Below the pieces are notes generated by a model. The model was not told where the DNA came from and searched no databases. It worked only from the letters and a program-made list of their open reading frames with translations. Shown here piece by piece: positions 47,900 to 56,879 of a stretch of 64,000 bases of DNA. Both the position numbers and the translations under genes were made by a program. The DNA comes from a virus (lineage: Duplodnaviria; Heunggongvirae; Uroviricota; Caudoviricetes): IMG/VR virus record IMGVR_UViG_3300031787_000054; one strand, written 5' to 3'. How positions within the stretch are numbered: the first letter of the stretch is position 1; each line of letters begins with the position of its first letter.

Positions 47900-48080
47900 C
47901 GTTTGTTATTTCAATTAAGTCTCCATCTACTTCAAGTAATAACTTATCTTTCTGCCAATCACGTTCACTTATAGTGTACTGATATGAGTCCCATAATTCT
48001 TGTTTTAATTCTGTAACATTACAAATAAATTCAAATGGTTTCTCAAGCATTTCAGTTACAATAACAATTTTCTTTTTCAT
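47892..48080 (-). CDS. hypothetical protein
   Basis: 62-aa ORF. Confidence 0.3.
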   Translation of the reverse strand: MKKKIVIVTEMLEKPFEFICNVTELKQELWDSYQYTISERDWQKDKLLLEVDGDLIEITNVG

Positions 48081-48093
48081 TTAAAACTCCTTA

Positions 48094-48282
48094 TTACCAA
48101 AGGTTTCCATATCTACCTTGTTTAATGTTACGTTGAATCTCGTATTCACTTACTATATTCTTAAGTCTTTCTACTTCTTTTTGTAGTTTAACTATTTCTT
48201 TTCTCAATTGAATTACTTCATCATTACAGTTACATTCGGTATAATGTAATCCACATTCATTACAAAAACCACTCATCTTCAT
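48094..48282 (-). CDS. small Cys-containing coiled-coil protein
   Basis: CNECGLHYTECNCN motif plus coiled coil. Confidence 0.35.
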   Translation of the reverse strand: MKMSGFCNECGLHYTECNCNDEVIQLRKEIVKLQKEVERLKNIVSEYEIQRNIKQGRYGNLW

Positions 48283-48631
48283 CTCCGTAATTAGGGTTAA
48301 TAATCTTTTGTATCTCGCTTAATTTAACTGTTTGGTAATTGAGCTTATTCCTAGCATCTTCTAAGTATAATATCAAACTACTTATTAAACCATTGTATGA
48401 GTTCTCAATGGTGCTTCCACAACCTGAATGAATATAATTACCTTTGCTATCATAAACTCTAACGAAAAAAGGATTATACACATCACACGAGTGATCATAA
48501 CCTTGATTAAATAATAGTTCTTCATACACCCCATTGTGTTTCATATATCTAACTTTATAAGAGTTAATTCTCTTATTCTTTTCTTTATTTTTTCTTAGTT
48601 CTTTTAGAATATTTTCATCATTAATCCTCAT
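48260..48631 (-). CDS. hypothetical protein
   Basis: 123-aa ORF. Confidence 0.35.
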   Translation of the reverse strand: MRINDENILKELRKNKEKNKRINSYKVRYMKHNGVYEELLFNQGYDHSCDVYNPFFVRVYDSKGNYIHSGCGSTIENSYNGLISSLILYLEDARNKLNYQTVKLSEIQKIINPNYGDEDEWFL

Positions 48632-48639
48632 CTAATCTC

Positions 48640-49515
48640 CTATAAATCATTAACATTTCTGAACCCTTTATAAACAGGAAACCTAGGCTTCTCCTTCATA
48701 CCAGAAGGTTGAAATGTATAAGTTATTATTTGGTTAATGCAACCACTTCGTTGTTCCCATATTAGTTTACGTTGCTCATCATTAAACCCTGTACCAATAT
48801 CAAACACCACATCAGTATTAATATCCTTAACTGTTATCGAACCTAGCGTGTTGGCAGGAATTAAATTCTCTTTATGTGAGCTACGTTTAGTGTTACCTAA
48901 CTCATCTATCGTTGCTTCATTGTTATTAATCATCTTCTCATTGAATGATATGATCGTTGCCTCACTATCTTCAAAGCGTTTAATCTTTAATAGATACTGT
49001 TCTTTAACTGTTGATCTACCACATTTATATGGAGAGTTAATTGATCTAACCATTACACCTTCATATCCTGCTGATATCCATACTTCTTCTGTTACATTTA
49101 AGTCATTAATATTTTTAACCATCATTGGTTCGAGAGACACGACATTCTTAATACCTAACTCCTTAACTTTACTAATATATTGTTCAACACGTTGTTGATA
49201 TGGTGTGTTGATTGAATCCTTAACCCAATCAAATACAAAGTAAGCGAACTCTGGTTCACCATCTTCACTCATAACAAGTGATTGTGTTTCATTGAATGTT
49301 TTATTAGGACATATAATCTCACCATCAAATCCGTCTGGTAGCTGTGATAATTTTTGTTGAATATATTTATTTGGAATCTCAATAAACTTACGAGACAAAG
49401 CTCTACCATTAATTATTAAACAACGAATACCATCTAGCTTAGGTGTAGCCAATACAGGAAACTGTAAGTTATTAATATCACCTACGTTACAAGCGAGCAT
49501 TGGTTTAGTTATCAT
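48640..49515 (-). CDS. ATP-dependent DNA ligase (minimal type)
   Basis: Motif I PKLDGIRCL. Motif III FDGEIICP. Motif IV EGVMVRS. Motif V LLKIKRF. Confidence 0.85.
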   Translation of the reverse strand: MITKPMLACNVGDINNLQFPVLATPKLDGIRCLIINGRALSRKFIEIPNKYIQQKLSQLPDGFDGEIICPNKTFNETQSLVMSEDGEPEFAYFVFDWVKDSINTPYQQRVEQYISKVKELGIKNVVSLEPMMVKNINDLNVTEEVWISAGYEGVMVRSINSPYKCGRSTVKEQYLLKIKRFEDSEATIISFNEKMINNNEATIDELGNTKRSSHKENLIPANTLGSITVKDINTDVVFDIGTGFNDEQRKLIWEQRSGCINQIITYTFQPSGMKEKPRFPVYKGFRNVNDL

Positions 49516-49817
49516 TAGTCTCTCCTTCTAGTGTGTCCTTGAACAGCACGGACAAGTCCATTTGATTTAGCCATACTTGAATTAACCTTGAGATTATTAC
49601 CCAAGTTAGAACCCTTGTTCCTTAGCTTAGTTGCATTGATAATGTATTGTGTTAGTCTAGGGTCAGAGTTAATCTGTATATCACACCCTGTCTTATGATC
49701 GTAGATCATGTTACCAGTGTAACAATCTACATCACTAGCACAGTCCGAACACTCGTCAATCTTACCCTTCTTATTCTTACTAACTTCAATCTCACCATCA
49801 CAATGACGACAATACAT
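49515..49817 (-). CDS. Cys-rich zinc-binding protein
   Basis: CRHCDGE...CSDC...C...C pattern. Confidence 0.4.
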   Translation of the reverse strand: MYCRHCDGEIEVSKNKKGKIDECSDCASDVDCYTGNMIYDHKTGCDIQINSDPRLTQYIINATKLRNKGSNLGNNLKVNSSMAKSNGLVRAVQGHTRRRD

Positions 49818-49956
49818 ATTACCTCCTTAGTTAAATAAGGAAAGAATATCCTTAATGATTTGTTGCTTAACATCTCTATCTTTTTTCTTACTAACCTTTA
49901 ATCTTCTATCATATAATTTAAGAGCTTCAATAATAACACTAGCTTCAACTGTACCC

Positions 49957-50172
49957 TTAACAATCTCTTTTCTTTTTGTTTGTTGCATACTCATTCCTTT
50001 GTTTATTAAAGTTTAAATAACTTCTCTCTCCAATATTCATTTATATAATTAATACAACATCTTAAATCTTGTTTATACATTCCATGTACTGAAAATATTC
50101 CTTTTCTTTTTATAGATATATTAATCCCTTGATAATAAGTTTGATATATACCATTAACACATTGCCACTTTA
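49957..50172 (-). CDS. unlisted 71-aa ORF (MITLKWQCVNGIYQTYYQG...)
   Basis: Found by manual translation of the 49.8-50.27 kb gap, which the supplied track leaves empty. GGAG RBS 5 nt upstream of the ATG. A 53-55-aa ORF (49827-49994) also exists in another frame. Confidence 0.35.
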
Positions 50173-50270
50173 ATGTAATCATATAACTCCTTAGAATGTT
50201 GATGCTGATAGTTGTATTAAGCTGATGAATCCGTGAAGAAAAAGAAACCAGAATACAATGTATATTTGTG

Positions 50271-50483
50271 TCATGTTATCTCTCCTAGTTTACAGTGTAT
50301 ATAAGAATCAAATGTATTTTTATATCTTGTCCAATTACAAAAACCCACTAAGTTTACATAGCTATATACAAATTTTATAGGTGTTTCATCTTGTATAACA
50401 ATAATGGTTGCTTTAAATACAGGATCCCAATCTTCTTCACCCATATTAGTTAGTAAAATATCACCCACTTTATACTTATTCAT
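50271..50483 (-). CDS. small beta-rich protein (KVGDIL family)
   Basis: 70-aa ORF. Confidence 0.35.
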   Translation of the reverse strand: MNKYKVGDILLTNMGEEDWDPVFKATIIVIQDETPIKFVYSYVNLVGFCNWTRYKNTFDSYIHCKLGEIT

Positions 50484-50673
50484 ATGTAACTCCTACCTTC
50501 ATAATAACATACGAACCGAAATTATTTATACTTTTCATTTGTATATTATCTTTCTTAGCTATATATTTATATGTTACAATATTATCTCTTATATTAGTTA
50601 TTACTATAAGAGACATTTCATAACTACAATCTACCTTTGTTCCCATTAAATATAACTCACCTACCTCATACAT
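50476..50673 (-). CDS. small beta-rich protein
   Basis: 65-aa ORF. Confidence 0.35.
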   Translation of the reverse strand: MYEVGELYLMGTKVDCSYEMSLIVITNIRDNIVTYKYIAKKDNIQMKSINNFGSYVIMKVGVTYE

Positions 50674-50787
50674 AACATAACCTTATGTTTCAATAACTTC
50701 AAGCGTAGAGACACATCTATGTTATGTTCTTTTAATAACTTAAGCAACATAAGCTCTGAGCGTAGTGCTTTAATATAAGTTTCCATA

Positions 50788-51102
50788 TTACACCTCCTGT
50801 TTACAGTCGGGACATACCCATATCATGAAGTTAGTTAACACTTTGTTATGATATTTTCTTGGGTGTGTACAGGTTGTTTGTTGTACTTGAGGGACGGACG
50901 TTGGTTCTTTAAACAGTTCATATAACTTATCAATTGTTTCAAGAAAAAATAAAAATTTTTCACCTACTTGTTTTGTTTTACTATTGTAGTGAATTCTCTG
51001 AACTTTATATATATTATTAACTTCTATAATTTCATAGATTGAATTATATAATTTGTTTTTATGAATAATTATATCCCCAACTTTAAACTTTGGCGTTGTC
51101 AT
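50788..51102 (-). CDS. small protein with C-terminal Cys pairs (KVGDIII family)
   Basis: 104 aa. C...HPRKYH...CPDC. Confidence 0.4.
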   Translation of the reverse strand: MTTPKFKVGDIIIHKNKLYNSIYEIIEVNNIYKVQRIHYNSKTKQVGEKFLFFLETIDKLYELFKEPTSVPQVQQTTCTHPRKYHNKVLTNFMIWVCPDCKQEV

Positions 51103-51255
51103 TCAATCCTCCTATGGACTCGTCAGGTTACACATAATGTAACGACGACCGACTAATTCTAGTCAGGTCGTTTCGTCCTTAATTATATTTAGATACCACT
51201 AGATGTACTAAAGGTAAACAAATAAACACTACCCCTAATAATAAATCCTCCACTA

Positions 51256-51579
51256 TTATCCTACCTTCTTATCCATATCTTGTGGATTAAATGCTTTGAT
51301 TTCTTTTCTTGATAACTTATCATTGTTATCTTGAACGAATTGTTGGATTGTTGCTAGGTTCTCAATAAACTTTTCAAATTGTTGAACATACATATTGATT
51401 GGAAACCTACCACCTAACCCATAGATAGTTAATCCACCACCTTTGTTAATCTCAACCCTTACAGTGTTACCCACTAGGTTGTTAAGAATCTTTAATTGTT
51501 CTTGTTGCTTCTTTAACTGCTCGATAAGAGCTTGTTTTTCTTCAAGTAATTGTTTCGCTGTTTTTGTTGCAGTTGTCAT
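51256..51579 (-). CDS. hypothetical coiled-coil protein
   Basis: 107-aa ORF. Confidence 0.4.
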   Translation of the reverse strand: MTTATKTAKQLLEEKQALIEQLKKQQEQLKILNNLVGNTVRVEINKGGGLTIYGLGGRFPINMYVQQFEKFIENLATIQQFVQDNNDKLSRKEIKAFNPQDMDKKVG

Positions 51580-51974
51580 AATAGTTCTCCTTTGTAGCGT
51601 AATGCTACGTTGTTAATTAGTTAAGCTGTTTCGGTGTGACATTACACCTCGTCAGTCAGACTTATAGCCTGAGACAGCTTAGGGAATAGTGTTTGCGATC
51701 ACTACTCCCACTACTGTATGTTATCAGCTCGACGTTATCCTCCCATAGGTACATTAATCCTATGGTTCTTATATCGAACCGACTAGCTAGACTCTTCACT
51801 GTTTTACAGCTTATACCATATAGGTAGTCTAGATGCAAAGACGTTGCTTCTCGGTAATGTAGTTCTCGCTACAAAACTCCACAACACCCAACGGGTTATG
51901 TCTAATAACAGTTACTAGCCGTCTAGCCAAGTGTTAAGGTACACCTGCCCTTTTCTAGTAACCTATAGTTTATA

Positions 51975-52259
51975 CTAGATAAAACTTATGCCATTTTCTA
52001 CCTTTACAAGGTTAACGCTTTGCTTCGTTAAGAGCTTTTTTAAGCGTTTAATTTCAGACATAAGTCTATCTTTAGAGGATTTTCCTTTGACAAAAAATCC
52101 ACGTTGAAACAAGTTTATATCGTTCGGGCAGTTGGTTATAACATACCCCGAATGAAACACTTTTTTAGTTGCGTTTACAGCTTGACGCTTCAACGCTTGT
52201 TGTTTATAACCTGTATTAGCTCTTTTACAAGCCAACGCAGTTTTACTTAATGTTCTCAT
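51975..52259 (-). CDS. basic protein (possible nucleic-acid binding)
   Basis: 94 aa, K/R-rich. Confidence 0.35.
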   Translation of the reverse strand: MRTLSKTALACKRANTGYKQQALKRQAVNATKKVFHSGYVITNCPNDINLFQRGFFVKGKSSKDRLMSEIKRLKKLLTKQSVNLVKVENGISFI

Positions 52260-52393
52260 AAGACGTTATACTCCTATTTCGGGTGACAACACCCATCATC
52301 AGTAGGGACTCAATTATCCCTAGATAGGGAGCGAGTGGTTAACTCGCCCAAAGATTCATGGCTAGGATAAATACTAGAGAGAGTTTTATAATA

Positions 52394-52576
52394 TTAACTA
52401 GCATGGTTATACTCATTCATTTTAGCATAAGCTTCACTTAGAGTCTTGAATGTTATTTCTTCTTTTTCAGACTCATGATTCTTGAAGTAATGTAATATAT
52501 ATACATTAAGTTCTTGATTATATACTAGTTTACATAAGAAGCCACTAATAGGGTTACTTAACATTTTGATAATCAT
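52394..52576 (-). CDS. hypothetical protein
   Basis: 60-aa ORF. First ORF of the leftward block. Confidence 0.3.
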   Translation of the reverse strand: MIIKMLSNPISGFLCKLVYNQELNVYILHYFKNHESEKEEITFKTLSEAYAKMNEYNHAS

Positions 52577-52819
52577 GTGATTCTCCTAGTTTAAGTATAT
52601 ATTTAATTATATATACAAGAATTTAATTTTAATCTCGACTTGTCAGGTCGATGCCGAGCTATCATTCAAGCCCCATGCCAACTCATTTTCTGAACAAAAT
52701 CAAGCACTTAGCTGTGGTTCACAATGACACCAGTATCGAAAAGTCACCAAAAACAGAGCCAAAATGCCACCAAAGCCAGTATCAAAACAACACCATCTCA
52801 ACAAATTCAAGCACTTAGA

Positions 52820-52856
52820 GCTAAGTACCTGAAATCTCGTAGCATGGTATAATAAG
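52820..52856 (+). promoter_or_regulatory. candidate extended -10 promoter (TGgTATAAT) pointing rightward
   Basis: TGGTATAAT at 52845-52853. Weak -35. Lies immediately before the alternating purine-pyrimidine tract. Confidence 0.3.
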
Positions 52857-52858
52857 AA

Positions 52859-53050
52859 CCCGTGCGTGTGTATTAATACCCGTATGCGTGTGCATATGCC
52901 CCTGCGTGTGTTTTTATATACCTGCGTGAGCGTACGTGCGAGCGTGTGCGTGCATGGGTGTGCAGGTGCGTGTAGGCGTGAGCGTGTGTGTGCATGATGC
53001 GTAGGCGTGTGTGCGAGCGTGTGCGTGCGTATGTGTGCTAGGGGGGGGGT
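52859..53050. repeat. GC-rich alternating purine-pyrimidine (GCGTGTG)n-like tract ending in G9
   Basis: Degenerate CGTG/TGCG repeats over about 190 nt in an otherwise AT-rich genome. G9 run at 53041-53049. The ORF 52700-53089 across it is a translation artefact. Confidence 0.7.
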
Positions 53051-53280
53051 ACACCCTTCGTGGTTCAGGGTGACATTGACCGAGTACATTCACTCACTTT
53101 ACCCTCTCAACTATAGAAACCAGTAACCCTTCACCCTACTACTCATTCACAACCTTTATAACAACTCTTAGTATAATAGCCTCTAAAACGAACAAAAACA
53201 GGGTTATTTGATACTTTAGTATATAGACCTAATAGTTAGTATTAAAGCTTCTAAAACCTCTTTAAAAGGATATTAAGCTT

Positions 53281-53865
53281 ATGTTTAGTATATTTGATTT
53301 AAGTAATCTAGACAATGTTCCATTACAGGGTATAATAGCTCTTATAAACGATTCTGATAAGAAGGTATACCTAACACAGGGTTCTAACATTCCAGTGCTT
53401 CTAGGCAAGATTATAAGCGAAATAAAGCAGGGTATTCATACTCACCAAGAATTATGTGATGATTATAAGAAATTAAAAGCTATGGTTATAGAAACACAAA
53501 CCGACATTACACATAGGTACTTACACATGTCTTACTGGTATGATTACTTTGAAGCTAATGGATATAAGCTATATACTAAAAAGAATCATTTGAGTTATAA
53601 GGTTAGTAAAGGTTTAGTACATGTAGGAAGAAGTAGTACAAAGCTAGTCGTTGAAGTTTATTTAGTAAATAGTAGATGTGAAAAGACAGTAGTAGGAGTA
53701 TTCGAAACAATACAACAAGCTGATGAGTTTATAGAAACTTACTACACACAGGACAATAAATATAAGCTACCAATACTAGCTAACAACAAGTTGACTATGG
53801 CACACTATCTATCAAAAACGAGTCGAAGGAGCGAAGCGACTGACGCAGTTACTATGGATAGGTAG
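53281..53865 (+). CDS. hypothetical protein
   Basis: 194 aa. First gene of the rightward block. Confidence 0.45.
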   Translation: MFSIFDLSNLDNVPLQGIIALINDSDKKVYLTQGSNIPVLLGKIISEIKQGIHTHQELCDDYKKLKAMVIETQTDITHRYLHMSYWYDYFEANGYKLYTKKNHLSYKVSKGLVHVGRSSTKLVVEVYLVNSRCEKTVVGVFETIQQADEFIETYYTQDNKYKLPILANNKLTMAHYLSKTSRRSEATDAVTMDR

Positions 53866-53955
53866 ATAGTTAGTAATTAAAAACTAAACACCAACCAAGT
53901 TGTTATTTAGGTACATATTTACTTATATTATATTATTATATGTATAGGTAATATT

Positions 53956-54011
53956 TTGACCCACCTACTGGTTCTGGATTGACCCACCTCTGGGTCTAGT
54001 TTGACCCACCT
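53956..54011. repeat. three direct repeats of TTGACCCACCT spaced 22-23 nt apart
   Basis: Copies at 53956-53966, 53979-53989 and 54001-54011. An AT-rich stretch lies upstream and a promoter downstream. Confidence 0.7.
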
Positions 54012-54027
54012 AAAGTGAATGTTTTTG

Positions 54028-54070
54028 AAAAAAGTTCTTGACAAAAATATAAAAGTGTGGTATTGTAGAA
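54028..54070 (+). promoter_or_regulatory. same promoter family on the plus strand (AAGTTCTTGACAAA-N17-TATTGT)
   Basis: TTGACA at 54038-54043. TATTGT at 54061-54066. Located 60 nt upstream of the gene at 54128. Confidence 0.55.
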
Positions 54071-54127
54071 ACAACTATTAGCAACAAACTATGCCTAGAA
54101 ATAAGGGTAGTTTCTATAAGGAGATTT

Positions 54128-54556
54128 ATGAGTCCAGAAGTTAAAACAGTTTTAATTAGTTTAGTAACATTATTAGTTTATAGATCAATTGAACAAATGG
54201 TTAACAGTTATTTGTTTAGAAAACAGATGAACGGGTTTACAGCTAGGTTAGCTGAACAAAGCGGATTAAGCAATTACGTTGGTGGAGATGTTAACTTATC
54301 TGTTAAAGAAAGAGCTATTAAACGTATCAATGCTTTAGGTACGGATAATAGTGGTATTGTTTTAAATAAGGATAAAGCTTATCTAGGAAAGAACACAGAA
54401 CATGGACCAGTTTATGAGGACGTAGATGTTGCTTTCTTTGAAGGAGTTGAATTACCCTTAAGTCATGAAGAACATGAGGAAGTAGCCAAAGCTTTTAATA
54501 ATCAAGCATTTAGAGAAAGAAAAGAACAAGAAAAACAAACCCTGACAAGGCTGTAG
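54128..54556 (+). CDS. membrane-anchored hypothetical protein
   Basis: 142 aa. N-terminal TM. Preceded by a sigma70-like promoter. Confidence 0.45.
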   Translation: MSPEVKTVLISLVTLLVYRSIEQMVNSYLFRKQMNGFTARLAEQSGLSNYVGGDVNLSVKERAIKRINALGTDNSGIVLNKDKAYLGKNTEHGPVYEDVDVAFFEGVELPLSHEEHEEVAKAFNNQAFRERKEQEKQTLTRL

Positions 54557-54660
54557 TATGTTGTTTGTTATATTCGTATATGCAATAATAACAGCTAGTT
54601 TGGAACGTTCACAGATTCAAACTAACGCCGTAAATAACGAAGAGTTAATCAGGAGACAAC

Positions 54661-55032
54661 ATGAAGAGCAAAGACTTAGAATCCTCAACAGAGACAGGTA
54701 CTAGTATTTCTGGGACGGTATATAAATCACTAACCGAAGTGTGTATTAATTTACTTGGAACAGAACTAACTGTGAAAAAGATATCACTAGATTTAGATTA
54801 TGATTCGTTTTGTACATTTTTAAGAGATGATCAAACTATAAATGGAAGCCCATTTCTTTACTTGCGTGAAGGGTCATCAACAAACAAGATAAGGCTAAAT
54901 TATTACAACCTTTATGGTGTATGTGAAGTCATTATACAATGTGATGTAGATTCTGAAAAAAAGAGAATTAAAGAAGAGATGACTAGACTATCTGAACAAT
55001 TGAAAAAACTAGATAAGGACTTTAATGATTAA
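54661..55032 (+). CDS. hypothetical protein
   Basis: 123-aa ORF. Confidence 0.4.
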   Translation: MKSKDLESSTETGTSISGTVYKSLTEVCINLLGTELTVKKISLDLDYDSFCTFLRDDQTINGSPFLYLREGSSTNKIRLNYYNLYGVCEVIIQCDVDSEKKRIKEEMTRLSEQLKKLDKDFND

Positions 55033-55318
55033 ACCTGACTATAAACTTATTTATGGTATTATTAAAGGGTTAGAAGCGTTAGAAGAAACCCACGGTATAG
55101 ACTTATATGCTAATGAGATAGTTGAAATGACTAGTATATTGACTCCGTTGATTAGTGTGGACATGCCTGACTCACTAAGTAATTGGAATGATTATTTTAA
55201 TATGGCTTTTAAAAAAGCTTTAAACGAAGACAGGTATTTAAAAAGAGATGAAATACAAACGTTTATAATTCATTGTTTTGACATTGACGTTAGTATTAGA
55301 CTTTTAGAGGATTTATAG
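55025..55318 (+). CDS. acidic hypothetical protein
   Basis: 97-aa ORF. Confidence 0.4.
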   Translation: MIKPDYKLIYGIIKGLEALEETHGIDLYANEIVEMTSILTPLISVDMPDSLSNWNDYFNMAFKKALNEDRYLKRDEIQTFIIHCFDIDVSIRLLEDL

Positions 55319-55470
55319 TGTATTTATTAATTATTTTAGCAACAGTTGGGTTTATAACATCAGCAATAGGGGCAAGCATGTTACAAAAAACACCAGTTAA
55401 GGGACTCCAACTTATTATACTAGGTCATGTGATAATGGCTACAACTATTGTTTTTAAAGGACTTGTATGA
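55318..55470 (+). CDS. unlisted 50-aa two-TM membrane peptide (GTG start)
   Basis: Manual translation: VYLLIILATVGFITSAIGASMLQKTPVKGLQLIILGHVIMATTIVFKGLV. The GTG overlaps the upstream TAG. The stop overlaps the next ATG. Confidence 0.3.
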   Translation: MYLLIILATVGFITSAIGASMLQKTPVKGLQLIILGHVIMATTIVFKGLV

Positions 55471-55811
55471 AGATTAAAGGTATTAAAAAAATACATTTTC
55501 ATCCTTTTGATTATAAACTCAAGTTCACAAAAGATAAAAGGTTTATTAAACGCGACTACGGTGAAACTAATTTAACTGATAAATGGATTAAAATAGGTGA
55601 CGTTAACGACGAAAAGATCATTAAACACTTCATATTACACGAAGCATTACATGTATTATTAGAAGAAGTTATTGAAAATACAGCAAAAATTAAAGATTTA
55701 GAAGACAGGGAAGAGGCAATAGTTAGAATGGTATCGCCTAGATTACAGCAATTTATTGAATCTAACCCTGATTTAATTAAATGTTACTTACCAGAGGACG
55801 ACAATGAGTAA
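55467..55811 (+). CDS. small HExxH-motif protein
   Basis: FILHEALHVLLEEV. 114 aa. Confidence 0.4.
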   Translation: MKIKGIKKIHFHPFDYKLKFTKDKRFIKRDYGETNLTDKWIKIGDVNDEKIIKHFILHEALHVLLEEVIENTAKIKDLEDREEAIVRMVSPRLQQFIESNPDLIKCYLPEDDNE

Positions 55812-55992
55812 ATCTAGAACTTGTTCTTGTCCATATTGCGGGTTTACAGTTGAGATTCCTGAAGATCACGAAAAGGAACATGATAAAATTTGTTGCATGA
55901 ACTGTAATAAAGCGTTTCCTGTTCCACCAAAGAAAACTAATTATGGTTTTCCTATGAGCTTTGATATTGATAATAAAGACTGGAATGAATGA
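55804..55992 (+). CDS. zinc-ribbon protein
   Basis: CSCPYCG...CCMNCN. Confidence 0.4.
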   Translation: MSKSRTCSCPYCGFTVEIPEDHEKEHDKICCMNCNKAFPVPPKKTNYGFPMSFDIDNKDWNE

Positions 55993-56303
55993 AGGGAAAG
56001 ACATATTTAAACAGTTTAAGAAAAGGATATTTTAAAGTACCTTTTCAAATAAAATCAATGGGTTTAAGTAGCAAAGCTCTTATGGTTTACTTTTATTTAT
56101 GTTCATACAGTGAAGATTTTAATCCTTCTGTTCGTTATCTAGCTTCGGAGTTAGGTATTTCTAAGGTGACGGTTAAAGATTGTTTAGATGAATTAGTTAC
56201 TAAACAGATAATAGTATTACTTAAACAAGGAAATAGAACCAAACCGAATGAATATATGTTTAACTCACCGAAAAAATGGAGAAAAGATGGGAATAATATC
56301 TAA
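55989..56303 (+). CDS. winged helix-turn-helix DNA-binding protein
   Basis: LSSKALMVYFYLCSYS...VRYLASELGISKVTVKDCLDELVTKQII is a typical wHTH (replication-initiator or regulator N-terminal-domain-like). Confidence 0.5.
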   Translation: MKGKTYLNSLRKGYFKVPFQIKSMGLSSKALMVYFYLCSYSEDFNPSVRYLASELGISKVTVKDCLDELVTKQIIVLLKQGNRTKPNEYMFNSPKKWRKDGNNI

Positions 56304-56466
56304 TATATTGAGATCAGTTATTGTTGTTATATGTGCTTTAATGGTTTTAACTGGTTTAAGACAAAGACATGATAATATAATTAAAATAATGAAGGCATCA
56401 GATGAAAAAAATAAGAGAAAAACTTGTATTCAAAGCCCCGAAAACAAGAAAGCCAATTGCGAATAA
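56248..56466 (+). CDS. small membrane protein
   Basis: 72 aa with one TM. Overlaps the previous ORF by 56 nt. Confidence 0.3.
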   Translation: MNICLTHRKNGEKMGIISNILRSVIVVICALMVLTGLRQRHDNIIKIMKASDEKNKRKTCIQSPENKKANCE

Positions 56467-56594
56467 AACAAATTCGTCTCATAAATCTAAAAAAGACTAT
56501 AAACGCTTAAAATTTCGTAACAGTAAGCTCAGAACTACTTTGACTGATATAGATAATTAACAACTGTTTCTATATAACTAGGGAAAGGAAGTTT

Positions 56595-56816
56595 ATGGCT
56601 GAAGAAATCAACATGTCAACATGTAGGGTGTGTGGCGAGATTAAGACTCGGATTCAAGATGGTGAATTCGATTCGAAGAATAAGAGGTGGGTAGATGAAA
56701 CAGGAAAACAATGGAACGGAAGAAAGTGTCCAGACTGTGTTGTCCAAATCCAAAGAGAAAAACAAAAACAAAGAAGAGCCAAAGCAAAAGAAAGGCTCAA
56801 AAAACTCTTTGAATAA
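56595..56816 (+). CDS. zinc-ribbon protein
   Basis: CRVCG...CPDC. Confidence 0.4.
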   Translation: MAEEINMSTCRVCGEIKTRIQDGEFDSKNKRWVDETGKQWNGRKCPDCVVQIQREKQKQRRAKAKERLKKLFE

Positions 56817-56879
56817 GTGTCCATTTTGTGAAGTATCTTGTGGTTATGCTCATTGTTCTTTCAACAATAAGGATTAAAG

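Noticed and set aside
8657-50649. Plus-strand ORFs scattered through the minus-strand gene block (e.g. 8657-8851, 8805-9020, 9602-9940, 10416-10649, 10913-11191, 11797-12018, 14041-14307, 15736-15921, 16312-16584, 19223-19426, 22237-22533, 23887-24330, 24731-25018, 28736-28987, 31329-31754, 32779-33171, 34426-34893, 37433-37759, 39645-39833, 41512-41823, 44661-44849, 45273-45521, 48737-49198, 50404-50649)
   Set aside because: Each lies antisense to a longer, well-supported minus-strand gene in a densely packed operon. Their compositions (L/S/F/I-rich) are typical of reverse-strand reading of AT-rich coding DNA.
52700-53089. 129-aa minus-strand ORF rich in His/Thr/Arg/Ala
   Set aside because: It is the translation of the GC-rich alternating purine-pyrimidine tract. 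Its repetitive HTHA/RTR composition reflects the DNA repeat, and its codon usage is unlike the rest of the genome.
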